Source: Geosiphon pyriformis uo1
Taxonomy: Eukaryota; Fungi; Glomeromycota
Direction of reading: 5' to 3'
Assembly (NCBI GenBank): GCA_016748015.1
Contig: JAAOMT010000512.1
Span: forward strand, 592,719 to 656,718
Length of the DNA: 64,000 nt
Part shown: positions 51,548 through 64,000 of the stretch, piece after piece
Numbering within the stretch: position 1 is the stretch's first letter
Layout: each line of letters begins with the position of its first letter
Made by a program: the position numbers and the translations under genes
The notes under the pieces: model-generated
The model's database searches: none
Seen by the model: only the letters and a program-made list of their open reading frames with translations
What the model was told of the DNA's origin: nothing

Positions 51548-52524
51548 TGTTACCCAAGTAGAAAAAACCAATTTAAGTTATAAAAAAATATGATCAAAAT
51601 GTGATAATACAAGATAATGCAAAAAAATACAAAATAATGCATAATAACTCAGAATAATACAATACAAAATGCAATAATATAATATAGCATGAAATAATGA
51701 GGATAATTAGTAATAATGTAAAGAAATGAACCAATAACAGAAATAATAAACAATAATAAAACAATCAAAAACAGTTTTGTAGAACTAAGAAAAATGTATA
51801 AAAAAGAGTAGTTGTAAAAGATAGAAAGACAAGCCAATAGACAAAAATTAACTTTCTTCTATCTATATTTGTTATATATTTTTTGTTACATCTTATATCT
51901 TATATTACTAAAATAAAGAAAATATTAACAAAACTTGAAATCTCTGTCTGTATAATTTTCATATTTTACATATTGTAGCTGAATTAATCTTGTTTTTATC
52001 TTTATTTTCAGTTAGATGTTTTTAGCATAAAACAGTCTCAAATTATTATGACTTAAACCAATTGTTTTTGATTATAGCAATTAACAATACTAATTTATTT
52101 ATTTATTTTTATTTTTTTATTTTTTTCTTATGAAGTAACAATATAAAAAAATTAACTGTTTAGGAATAAACTTCATAATAGCCTGGTAAAAAAGAAAAGT
52201 TTCTTTTAAGATAGAATATTAATATTATCTTGTTAGCTTACCAGAAGAGTAAAAAGACACCATCAGACTTTAGGAATTTCACTTGACTAGTTCAGAGAAG
52301 ATAACTTATATACAAGAAGTTACAATACTATAAAACTATTTTTTTGTGCTTTATAACCAAAAAACTCTATAAGTAAATTCACATTAATCAAAAAAATCTT
52401 TAGAGACTGATAACACTGACATATCAAACAAGTCTGCCAAAAAAAAACCATTAAAAGCTCTCTAGAAACCCAAATTTTGAGCACTAAATATTACTATCAT
52501 ATAATACTAAATTTACTCATAACA
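51548..52524 (+). repeat. 3' LTR of element C
   Basis: TGTTACCC...CATAACA, preceded by AAAAGAAAAGGATAA and followed by TSD CTGT. Confidence 0.9.
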
Positions 52525-52999
52525 CTGTTTTATTTTTTTAAAAACAATTATTTGTATTTTTACTAATAAATTAAAAATTGGATCAAGTTTTTTTTACAAA
52601 ATATTTTTGTATTTTTTTATTGTGGTTTTTTAAAAAATATTGTTTTAATATTAGTTTTTTTTGATAATAATATTATTTTTTATAAAACAAATAAAAAAAC
52701 TTATAACTTATTATGTTATAATTTACAGTTCTATAAGTAAACAAAGCTAAGAGCAGTATTTTGTTTCATAAATTTGTTTTTTTATTAGTTTTGACCAAGA
52801 TTTTATTAAAATATTTTACTAGGCTATTTGTTTAAGAATGATAAAAAAATAAAAGTTTATGATATATTGCTAGTTTTTTATAATGTTTTTTAATTAAAGT
52901 ACTAAAAAAAACTTTTTATTTTATTTAAAATATTTATAATAACATATAATATTTTTCTAAATGAAATTAATAATAGAAACTACTGTTTATTAAATATAA

Positions 53000-55900
53000 T
53001 ATTATTAATAGAATTTAGTTAATAATTAACATAAATTTACTCTTATAATTTTTATTCTTAATTAATATATATTATTATTATTTTAATTATTACTTATTAT
53101 TTAAATTATATTATTGAATATTATTATCTAATTAATAATTTAATTTATATAAATACACAAATATAATAATCAAATTATATAATACTTCGAATTTTATAAC
53201 ATTCAAAAATTTGTTAAAATTTGTAAAATTTTATAAAATAATTTAATAGTTCATTGAAATAGCTAATAAATTGTAAAAACAACTTATAGTTTGTCAAAAT
53301 ATATCTTTAGTTTGTCGAAATTATAACAAAAAAAAAGTTCAAGTTCATAAACTAGTATTATAATAAGTAATATAAAAGAAAAGCTTTTTCTTTAAAAAAA
53401 TATATCTTAACAAAGAATAATAATCTTAGTTAAAATTATCTTTATTAGAAATATTTTTTTTTAGTATCTATATAAATTATTTTAATACAAACTATATTAA
53501 AAAACAACAAAAATTATAATTATTTTGTTTAAAATTTCTTAAATTCTTATTAATATTTAAAATTAATTAGCTATTAATTTTAGTAAGCTATTAGTAATTT
53601 TAAGTCTAAATAAAAGACAAATTTTTTAATAAAATTTCTTTTTTTTTACACTTTTTTTTACACTTTTTTTATTTTTATTTTTTATATATATTGTTATTTG
53701 ATAAAAATTAACAAAAATTAAAAATAATAATATTATAATTAATTAATTATTAAATAATAATATAAATAATAGAGATTAATAAATAAAATTAGAAAACATA
53801 ATATGTACACAATAATATATAAAATATGTACAAATATATCCAATTTAATATGATCATAAATAAATAAGCCAAAAAACATTCATAGTAAAATAAAAAGTTT
53901 AATAGCTTAACAATTACTTACTAATTAGTTAAAATAAACATAATCATATATAATTCAAAATATATATATATACAATAGTTTTTTAACTAAAAAAAAACAA
54001 ACAAAAAAAGAATAATAAAAAATAAAAAAGAGTTAATTAGATAAAATAAACAAAAAAAGTAAAGAAATTGGATTATAATTTTAAGAAAAACTAGAAAATA
54101 TGCTTTTTAAATTTTGTATTATAATATAAAATTAAAAATTTTTTTCTTTTATATATTATTCCTTTACAAATAACCCAAAAAGCTACTACTTTTTTACTAT
54201 TATTTTCTATTAAAAACAACAACAATAAAAACATCTAATACATTAATAAAAACATAAATAAAATTCAAGCTTAATAAAATTAAAAACACATTAAAAAAAT
54301 ATTAATTATTTAAAATTACCTAAAAACTATTTATAATAATATCTTGGCCAAAATTAACAGTCAACTTAAAATCTGAAATAAAGCTTTTTTTATTTTTGAA
54401 AAATAATTTTTAATCAAGATTATTTTACAAATACTAATTTTATTGAATTATATTTTTTATTTTAATTCTTTTTAAATTTATTAAAAATAAAATACTGCTT
54501 TATTATAAACAAAAAATATAAACATCTGATATTAATATGAAATAAAAAAAGTATTTCTGTAAAAGCTTCAAAAAAAAACACAATTAGAAGTATAAAAATA
54601 TAACAAAAATTTTCTTTGAAGGACTAATATAGCAATAACTATTAAAAGCAATTTTAATAAAAATAATATGCCATATATTTAATCTAATAACAAAGACACT
54701 TATCAAAAAAAATTATCCAATATTTGCTAAAAAATTAGGAAATTCTTACTAAGCTAACTTTTAAATTTTTAAATAGAAAAAATAGTAGTAATTTATTAAA
54801 TAAAAATTCAGTATAAATTAAAATCAATACTAATTAAAACTAATATACTTATCTTTATGTCAAAATTAGATAATTTTTTATATTATCACTTAATCTAAAA
54901 AGTTATAAAAATTAATTATAATATAATTACTAAGAAGAAATAAATTCTATAATATTTGGTGTTTACTCTAAAATTTATTTTTAATTTAACCAAACTATCT
55001 AAATTTTAATAATAATTAAATGCATAAATTAGTAAATTAAAATAGCAAAACTAGTAACAATTATTAATTTTTTTAGTTAAAATCTATATTATTAATTTCA
55101 AAAAAAATTGAGATTATCTAATAATTGTTCTTTAGTTGAATCAATTTTTAACTATTATATGTACTATTAAATTTAATACTTATTTGAAAAAATTTAAAAT
55201 TCTAAAAACAAAAACAAAATTTATATCAGAAATTAACTTATCATATTATTTTATTCAGTATACAATTATTTTTAATAACTTTGATACAAATATATTAAGA
55301 AATTAAGAAATATATTTGGCAAAGTTTTTTACTTATCTTCAACAAAAACAGAAAAAATAGCAGTAACCAAAATAATTAACAAAAATTAAAAACTTTAATA
55401 TAAACATCTTATTAAAAAATTGTAAGTCAATAATAAACTCTAGTCTTAATATATAAAAAACTTCAGATTATTTTATTAAAAGTTTTATCTTACTATCTGT
55501 TACTGAATAACTAAATTAATATATTATTAAAAATTGTATTTTTATTTACCACAAAAACAACTTCTTAAATCTCTAATTATATCTATATTTTATTTGGAAA
55601 AAAACTTTTTGAAAAATCTATTCTAAGAAGATATTTTTTACAATTCGAAAATTTATTATTTCTACAACTAAACTTTTAGACTGCTTAAAAATCTAAACTT
55701 AAATCTAAATTCGAATTTAATATAATTCAAAAAACAAAATATCAGAAGAAAAAATAATTTTCAAGTAAATTAGAACCAGAATCTATAGCTTTTTCTGTTT
55801 AAATATCTATAAATCCTTAAAAAATAACTGTTTTTTTTATTACAAAATTGACCAACTTTACTAAAGAAAAAAATAATATTTATACTTAGATTAAAAAACA

Positions 55901-58900
55901 CAAAAAGCAATTTTGGTGAATAATTAAAATGAAGTTTACAGTCTTTAAGTCTTATTATTTTTCTTGAAAAACACAGTTAATTTCTAATATCAGAATTTAA
56001 ATTCCAAATCCAACATTTTTATATGGTTTTAAAACACATTTCTAAAATATTTTTGCAATTCCAACACTATTATTAAACTTCAAAATAAATTTAATACTAT
56101 TAAATAACAGTTCAATAAACAGTAAATAAATATTTTGGTAAATTTAATTGTGTTTATAACAGATTAAAGCCATAGAAAACAATTATTACACAATTCTTTA
56201 AATCTTCAATTAGTTTATAAAAGAATTAAAAAATAGTATTCTAGAATAAATAAAATCACAACATCTAAAAAATTTACTTCAAGCTATTATATTAGCTTAA
56301 GATATTAAGTTAGCCAAAAAAAAAACTAACCATAATAAAATAATAAACTTAGTTATAAATAATAATAATACCAAAAAACTAGAAAACAAGATTACTTAAC
56401 TCAAAAAAAAATTATCTTAGAAGATAGAAAGTTATTTTATCAATATTAAGTCTTAAATACCAAACCAATATTAATTACTACAACAATAAAACCAAATATT
56501 TCTCTAAAATTGCAGTTATTAAAATCTAAATAAAAACTAACAGAATATACTAATATATTATTATTGTTAAAAACATAGACATATTAAAGCTAAATACTGA
56601 TTATTATAGTTCTATCAAAATTTGTAAAAAAATCAATTCATGAAATCCACCTTTTAACAATTAATACATAATATTTTAGAATTAATACTTAATATTAATT
56701 CTATAATATTTTCAATAATAGCTATTATAACAATAAAATTTGGCCTAACCATAATACTCAGCTTTATTATAATAATTATGACAAGTACTAGCTCTTAGAA
56801 CACATTTTTAAAACTTAAGTTAAAGAGAAAATTATTTATTTCTAAATTCAAATCTTTTAAATCAACCAGCAGCAAACACAATAATACCACAAAATTCAAG
56901 TTAAAATAATAATAGACAATATAATATATCTATATATTATTAATAAACATTTCTTAACTTATCCAAACCACAGAATTTTTATAATATAATATTTTATAAA
57001 GATCAAAATATTAGCATTATTAAAAGCTTTGCTATTAATATTAGTAAAAATACCAACATAATTTTTTTTATAACCAATACTAATAATAAAATATTAGCTG
57101 TTATATTTTTTTTTGAACTTAAAGAAAAAAAATTTATTTTTATCTTATTTAGCAAAGTCATTTTAAATAAAGATAAATTAATTATTGTTATGTACATTAA
57201 AGTAAAAGCAGATAGTAAACTCATCAAACTGGTTCTAAATAGCAAATTAGCAGAAAATATTATAATTTTTTAATTAATAAACTAATTAGATTGTCAAATT
57301 AACAAAAATACTAATACTTTTATTATTATTACTAATAGAACCAAAAAAATACTAATTGAAAAAATTAATTTTTTTTTCAACATAAATAAAATAATTATTT
57401 CTATTAAAGTATTAATTATAAATACAACTTAATATCAAGCACTAATGAAAAATAATTGGTTAGAAAAAGCAAATACCATTTTAGATTAGTCAATTTAAGA
57501 ATTATATCTAATATATTAAGAACAATACATATAAATATCTGTTATATGTAAACATTTTAAAAGAAATTTTTATACAAACAATCTATTTTAATTCAAATTT
57601 GAAAAAACATTGGAAATAAAAGTCATCAAAACATATTAAATTGCATAAAATAAAAATAATTAAAAAAACTACTACTTATTTTTATATAGATTAACAAAAT
57701 TTTCAACTTTATATTATATTATTTTTTTTATCTTTAATATTATCAAAATCATTAATTAAAATTATAATATTAAGTTTGCCAAAAGAAACTATCTTCTATA
57801 ACAGCTTGTATTGTTTTACATAAAAATAATTAATAGATTATTTATTATTATTGTAATTAATATCACAAAAAAACATATAAATATTCAAACAATTGGAAAA
57901 ATATGATGAAATATATTGTATTATATGTAAAAAATTTTATTTAATAAATACAACTGAATTAATATACAATTTAGAAAAGTCATATATAATTTTACTTATT
58001 AATATACTATTTTTATTATCAATTGGGTAAAAAAAATCTCTTTTGACATCATTTATAATAGAGTCTTAAATTACATATATTATTACTTATATGATATTAA
58101 ACAACTATATAATATAATTAAAACAAACATACAAGACAGAATAGTTAAAGAAATTGGAAATTGGAAAATACTGTCAAAAATTATTAAAAAAGTTGCTAAA
58201 TACAACTCTTTAAACCCTTTACAAAAATTTTAAGACTACTATCAAAAATTTTGTCTAATACAAGAAAAACAAAAACAATATTTTACATAAATAAATACTT
58301 ACTTGTATAAGAATTGCTTAATTTTTTATTAATTACAATAGTGTTTTGACTATTAACTTTAGTTTGAACTATCTAAAAAGACAGTTCAATTTAAAAATTA
58401 TCTAAACTATAAAACACAAGACAAAATTTTACAAATATTAGAAATGTTATTAAACAACTTACATATCTTTATTGATTTTAACAAAAATTAAACATCAAAT
58501 ATTTTATTAATAACAATAAAAAAATTTTTTCAAAGTAAGTATATCCAATCAATATTAAATTTAATCTTTAATATTCTGGAAACCAAATATTAATGTTAAA
58601 ATCATTTGCTATTATTATAAATAACCTAAAAATAGTGTTTGAAATACTAACCAAAACCATGATACAATCTAGTTTAGCCAAAAAAAAATTTAATAAAAAA
58701 AAATTTAAAATTTTAAATATACAGAAAATTTTATAGTTTTATTATATAATAAATTAGATTGATTATATATAATTAAACTAAAAAAAAAGAATTACATAAG
58801 CAATTTTTTTTATTTTTACTTTGAATTACCAAATTAATTATCACTAAAACCTAAAAAGAACTAAGAAAAATTAAATACAAAACCCAAAATTTTAATTCTA

Positions 58901-61900
58901 CAAAAATAGTTATATTACCTGTTAATTATATAAAACAATACAAAAAAACTTAAATATAATCTAAATTAATAGAATAATTACAATTTTACTATTTGGAATG
59001 TATTTATTTAACATATACAAAAAAGCAATAAAAGAAGATCTTTTATTTGAACTGCATATTTTTTTTTGTAAACAATTTCCAATTAGTTTTATTAATCTGT
59101 ATATATTATATTATAGTTACTTATAAATAAAAATACTTATTTACAACTTATTTGAAAAAACTATATACTTACTTAAAAATATAGTCTTAAAATATTTGAA
59201 TACAGATATTACTAATCAATATAAACCTCAAAAAATCTTTAATTATTTGACCAATAAAAATATAAAATATCAATAAATTTTAGCACAATAGTAAGTTTTT
59301 GACACTCTTAAAAAAAAATTAACAACAGTTCTAATTTTTGTTTATCTAAACTTTAACAAACAGTTCTAATTAGTTATTAATATTTTATATATAACTTTTA
59401 ATATTATTCTATTATAATTAAATAACAATAATAATAAATAAATAATTATTTATGTTAATAAAACACTTAAATTGACAGAACTCAAATATGACTTTATTAA
59501 ATTAGAAACAATAACAATTATCTAGTCTCTTAAACACTTTTAACAATATTTATAAAGAAAAAAAAATTTAATATTATCATTAACAATATTGGTCTCAAAT
59601 AACTCAACAAAAAAAATACAAAACTTAGAACCAAACAATCTTAATAAACTAATTTTTTAGCCAACTACAAATATATTGTTTACTATAAATCAAAAAAATT
59701 ATATATTAACATAGATAGCCTTTTAAAAATAAAACAAAATTAAAAACAATACTAACAATTCACTAAATTAACAAATAACAATTAACAAATAATAGATCTT
59801 AAAAACTATAACAATATTAAAAACTATTTAAAAATTTTTATCATGCCAAAAAATTAGTTTTTAATTAAAAAACACTAATTACAATATCAAACAAAACAAT
59901 ATTTTTATATTATAACAAAATTTATTATTAAAATTGCTAAAACTTAAATAATTTACTCAGATTAGTGTAACAAACCAAAAAAAAACAATTTTATACAATA
60001 TGTATACAGATTTTATATTAGTATATTTAGAAAAAAATAGTACTATTTAAAGAATATTTAAATATTATTTTTGGTTCTATATGTAAAATTTTATGATAGT
60101 TGTTAAAAAAAAGAGAAATTCGCCTTATTAAAATTTTAAACTCAATCAAAGTTAAACAATCTTTTAATAAAGTTGGTATTAATTTAGTCAAATTATTATA
60201 TTGCAATTGTAGTAAATTATTTTACCTAATATTTTAAAGCCAAAGTTATCTAAAATCAATAACAAATTTTATTTATGAAGACATTATTTGTAAACACAGA
60301 TATCTAATTAAACTTTTATTCAATCAAGAAACACATTTTGTAAATAACTTGATATAAAAAATTTGTAAACAGTTTAATATTAAATAACTCTTAATATTAT
60401 TTTACTATTTATAAAAAAATAAATTATTAGCTAAAATCTCAACCAACTTTGAGCAGAAATAAGATATTTTTATTTAATTAGTGTTATTAGCATATAAAAT
60501 ACTAAAACAAAATATAATAAAACACACACTATTTGGTTTAACTTATGAAAAAACAGCAATATTATCAATTAATTTTATAATAAAAACATATTCAGTACAA
60601 CTGATTACAGAAAAAACTTTTAAGAAACACTTTAATAAAGAATCTATATTCTTTTTAGCATATTAACAAATTATAGCCATTTATATTAAATATTTTTAAA
60701 CTCAACAAAAAGAATAGCATAATAACAAACTGCTATCTGTTACCAATAAATTCAAAATTAGAAATAAAGTTTTCTTACATAAAACCAAAACCAAAAAACA
60801 ATAGACTAAAAAATTTGATCATAAATAGAATAAACTATTTTATATTTATAAAATTCTAAGCAATAAATCATACAAATTAAGATTTAATAACAAAATTTTA
60901 GCAAAAGTTGTACATAGATCTCAATTAAAACAATATTATTTTAGAACCAATTTCGAAATATTAATTTTACAAATTAGTACACATTTCTTTTTAATTAATC
61001 TCAAAGATATTTCCCAAAATTTAGAACCAATAGTTATAATAAAACAATAATCAAATCAGAACATTTAATTTATTTATTATATAAGTATTTTTTTTAAAAA
61101 ATAATAATAATACAAAAACATTAAACAAAAATAAAAAGATAATTGTCAAAAAATATCTAAATCAAAAATCTATAAAAACTTTTATACCAAAAATAATTTT
61201 ATTTTTCAAAAAAATTAATATTCTTTTTTATGACTAATAATAATTATTTTTTGAAACATTTAACAAATATCTTGGAAATCGATAATAGCTTTAAAAACAC
61301 TTTCTGACTTATTTATAATAATTAATAAAAATCAAATTAATTACATTTAAAAAAAACTACAATCTTAGTAAATAATTCTCAAAAATATTATTTTTATAGA
61401 AAAAACACAAAAAGTTTTTTTGGAATTTATTTACCAAAACTTTTGAAGTAAACTCTAAAAAAAACCTATTATTTACTTCTATAGACATTTTTTTGAATGT
61501 TATAATACAACAAAAACTTTAATTGTGTCTTAATAAAAACAATAAATATATCTTTATTTATTAATATTTTCAAATTAGAAAAACACTTTATCAATGAAAA
61601 CTAAAACTTAAAACAACTAATCTTACTTTTTAAGTCATACAAAAACAAATATACTACGAATTTAAGACAACTGCTGAACTAATAAATGTATACTATAAAC
61701 TTAGAGCAGCTTTTAAACTTTACAATTAATTTAATATTTGCAAAAATGTTCTATAAAATCTAATACTTTAACCAATAAAAATTTAATATATTAATAAGTT
61801 TACAAAACTGAAATTTTAATAATTTTTAGACCAAATTATTTCAATAATATTGGATTACTATTTAAATATTATGAATAGTACTTGGATTTCAATAAAGCTT

Positions 61901-62448
61901 TGTCTTAAGAAGGAAATTATATTACCAATAAAATTTAATTAATAATTAACATAAAATTACTCTTAAAATTTTTATTCTTAATTAGCATATATTATTATTA
62001 TTTTAATTATTACTTATTATTTAATTAATAATCTAATTTATACAAATACACAAATACAATTAAATTATATAATATTTTAAACTTTATAATATTCAAAAAT
62101 TTGTCAAAATTTGTAAAATTTTGTAAAATAATTTAATAGTTTACTAAAGTAGTTTACAAACAAGATTTCTGTAAAAAAATTGACTTTTACAGCAAAATAA
62201 TTACATATTTTAATAAGTTTTCAGATGAGTATTTTTTGAAAAAAAGTTAATTTTTACTGCAAAATAACTATACAAGTAACTAATATGAAATTGACTATTC
62301 TATTTATAAGCTCAGCTATTTAAATTATAAAAAATAATTTGAAGAGAAATTTAGTTAATAAAAATTTTATAGCTTTTAATAATTATAAATTTACAACAAA
62401 ACAACATTAACAACATTCAAAAAAAGAGACCAAAAATCTCTAATAACA
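53000..62448 (+). mobile_element. Old F-family element G, now a chimera with nested element H
   Basis: F-type LTR pieces 53000-53691 and 61920-62448 (internally deleted), flanks ATAA/ATAG. D1 integrase resumes at 62449. Confidence 0.75.
53692..59240 (+). mobile_element. 5' half of element H (LTR ~53692-54954, PBS ~54957, gag, PR, Cys-rich region, dUTPase relics)
   Basis: TGTTATTTG start, ..CTATAATA|TTTGGTGTTT end plus PBS, protease relic KLIKLVLNSK (~57220). Heavily transition-mutated. Confidence 0.6.
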
Positions 62449-63719
62449 ATAGCTTTTGTTTTTATTTACTTTATAAAATAGTTGAGAACTATTATAATAT
62501 ATTTATTGCTATTAAGAATTACTGTCAAAGATTTAACAACATTAATATCAATTCTATTAAATAATTGATCAACAAAAATTAGATAGATGTTTTTTTTCTA
62601 TTAGAAAAAAAAGTTTTTTTTGGCAAGTATTATAAGATTTAATGTAGTTAATAATGTTTTTTTATAAAGTAAATTAATAATAGCAAGCTAAAATTTTCTG
62701 AATTGTTTTTGTCTTCTCAAAATATCTAGCTAATAAATTAATATACATATTATAGATTAATATTTTTCTCTTTTTAAATTTTATAATTCTTTAGAAGCAA
62801 TTAAAATTTTTTTTTTATATAATTGATTTTAAAAAATTAAATAAAAATTTGATTGTTTTTACAAATATTTTTTTTGTTGTTAAATATAATTTAAAAAATA
62901 TTGTTTTTTATCTAAAAATTTTATTAAAGCAGAGTAATTGTTCAGTTTATTATTGTGTTTATAATTAAGTTAGTTTAATAGAAATAATTATGCTATTAGT
63001 TAATAATAAGTTTAGAAAAAGTATTAATATTTTGATAATTAGTTTTTTTGTAGTATTATATATTATAATCAAATTTATTCAATTAGAATATCTAGCAAGC
63101 TAACTGTTTATGTTCTAATTTTTTCTGATTGTACAGCCAAATTAAGACATAATGATTTGTTATTACCAAAAATTTGGCACCAAAAAAATATTTATCTTAG
63201 TAATTAGTAGTCTAAACTAATATTAGATATTCTTATTTAGTAATTAAATAGTTCTGTTCTGTTAGAAAAAGTGGTTTATTAATATATATAATTATATGTT
63301 TTTTATTATCATTATTTTTTTAAAAGAAAATACCATTAAGTACAAAGCTAAATGTATTAGTATAAAGAATAAAAGATTAATTCAGATTAGATTATTTGAA
63401 AATAGATTTAGTGATAAGTTTTTTTTTTAGAGTTTTAAAAGTTTTTTGCTAATATATATTCCAATAATAGTTAACATTTTTTTTAAACAATTGATTTAAA
63501 AATGCAGCAATTTTAGAAAAATTTTTGACAAATTTTTGATAATAAAAAGCCAAACCAAAAAAAAGCATATTTTAAATATATTTATTAGTTGTTTAAGATT
63601 TTAAACTTTTTTTGTTTTGGCAAAGTCAAAAAGAATTTTATTTTTTGTAATAAAATAATCAAAAAAATAAGTAGATAATTGTTTAAAAAAAGATTTGATT
63701 AGATTTATCTTTAGATTAA

Positions 63720-64000
63720 TATTATTAAAAAAATTTTTACTTTTTTTTGAATATTGTTAATATTATTTTTATTATTAATTCTGTTATTAATAAAAGTCAG
63801 TAAATTTTTAATAAGTTAATTTTTCTTTTAAAGTATTTTTCTATACTTTGAATTATGTATATTATTAGGTTTATAATAAAATAGCCAATTCTATACCAAT
63901 TATTTATATAGTTACTTTGTAGTAAAAATCAACTTTTTTACAAAAAAATTTTGTCTATAAGCTCTTCAAAAATATGTGTAGTTATTTTGCTGTAAAAATT
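63720..64000 (-). repeat. U5 end of another F-family LTR in inverted orientation, truncated by the window edge
   Basis: Matches the reverse complement of 42010-42278. Confidence 0.8.

Larger units (their letters stand above)
14006..52524 (+). mobile_element. Ty3/Gypsy element C (dUTPase-bearing), expanded to 38.5 kb by nested insertions
   Basis: LTRs 14006-15000 and 51548-52524, perfect CTGT TSD (14002-14005 / 52525-52528), decayed PBS 15003-15019, PPT before 51548. Internal gag/PR/dUT/RT/RH/IN/ORF3 pieces rejoin across the inserts. Confidence 0.9.
2204..64000 (-). mobile_element. Ty3/Gypsy element D1 (oldest large host element, split by insertions, runs beyond the window)
   Basis: Pieces 2204-2883 + 13052-13059 (3' LTR), 13060-14005, 52525-52999 and 62449-63719 are collinear with D2 (LTR, PPT, ORF3, IN, RH/RT). 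They rejoin across the TSDs of A, C and G. Confidence 0.75.

Overview
Eukaryotic, very AT-rich window, probably fungal. The polyprotein fragments resemble Ty3/Gypsy fragments I recall from glomeromycete genomes such as Geosiphon; this is unverified. About 97% of it (~1550-64000) is one pile of nested, decayed Ty3/Gypsy LTR retrotransposons from roughly six LTR families. Paired LTRs, PBS/PPT sites and 4-bp TSDs let me reconstruct it: old A-like LTR relic > D1 (2204 to beyond the window, minus) > {A 2884-13051; C 14006-52524 > [solo 15161-16090; D2 19610-35768 > (inverted solo 19993-20668; E 23443-31239); solo 36181-37059; solo 39298-40260; F 41307-51068]; G/H chimera 53000-62448; LTR 63720-end}. 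Most families have the layout gag(CCHC)-PR-Cys-rich domain-dUTPase-RT-RH-IN(GPF)-extra ORF3. All copies are riddled with C>T/G>A changes. The first ~1.5 kb keeps its CpGs and holds a decayed IS607-type serine recombinase (TnpA) fused to the N-terminus of a TnpB/Fanzor2-like nuclease, which the ORF track misses. No intact host gene, rRNA, tRNA or CRISPR array was recognised. Element letters are my own labels.
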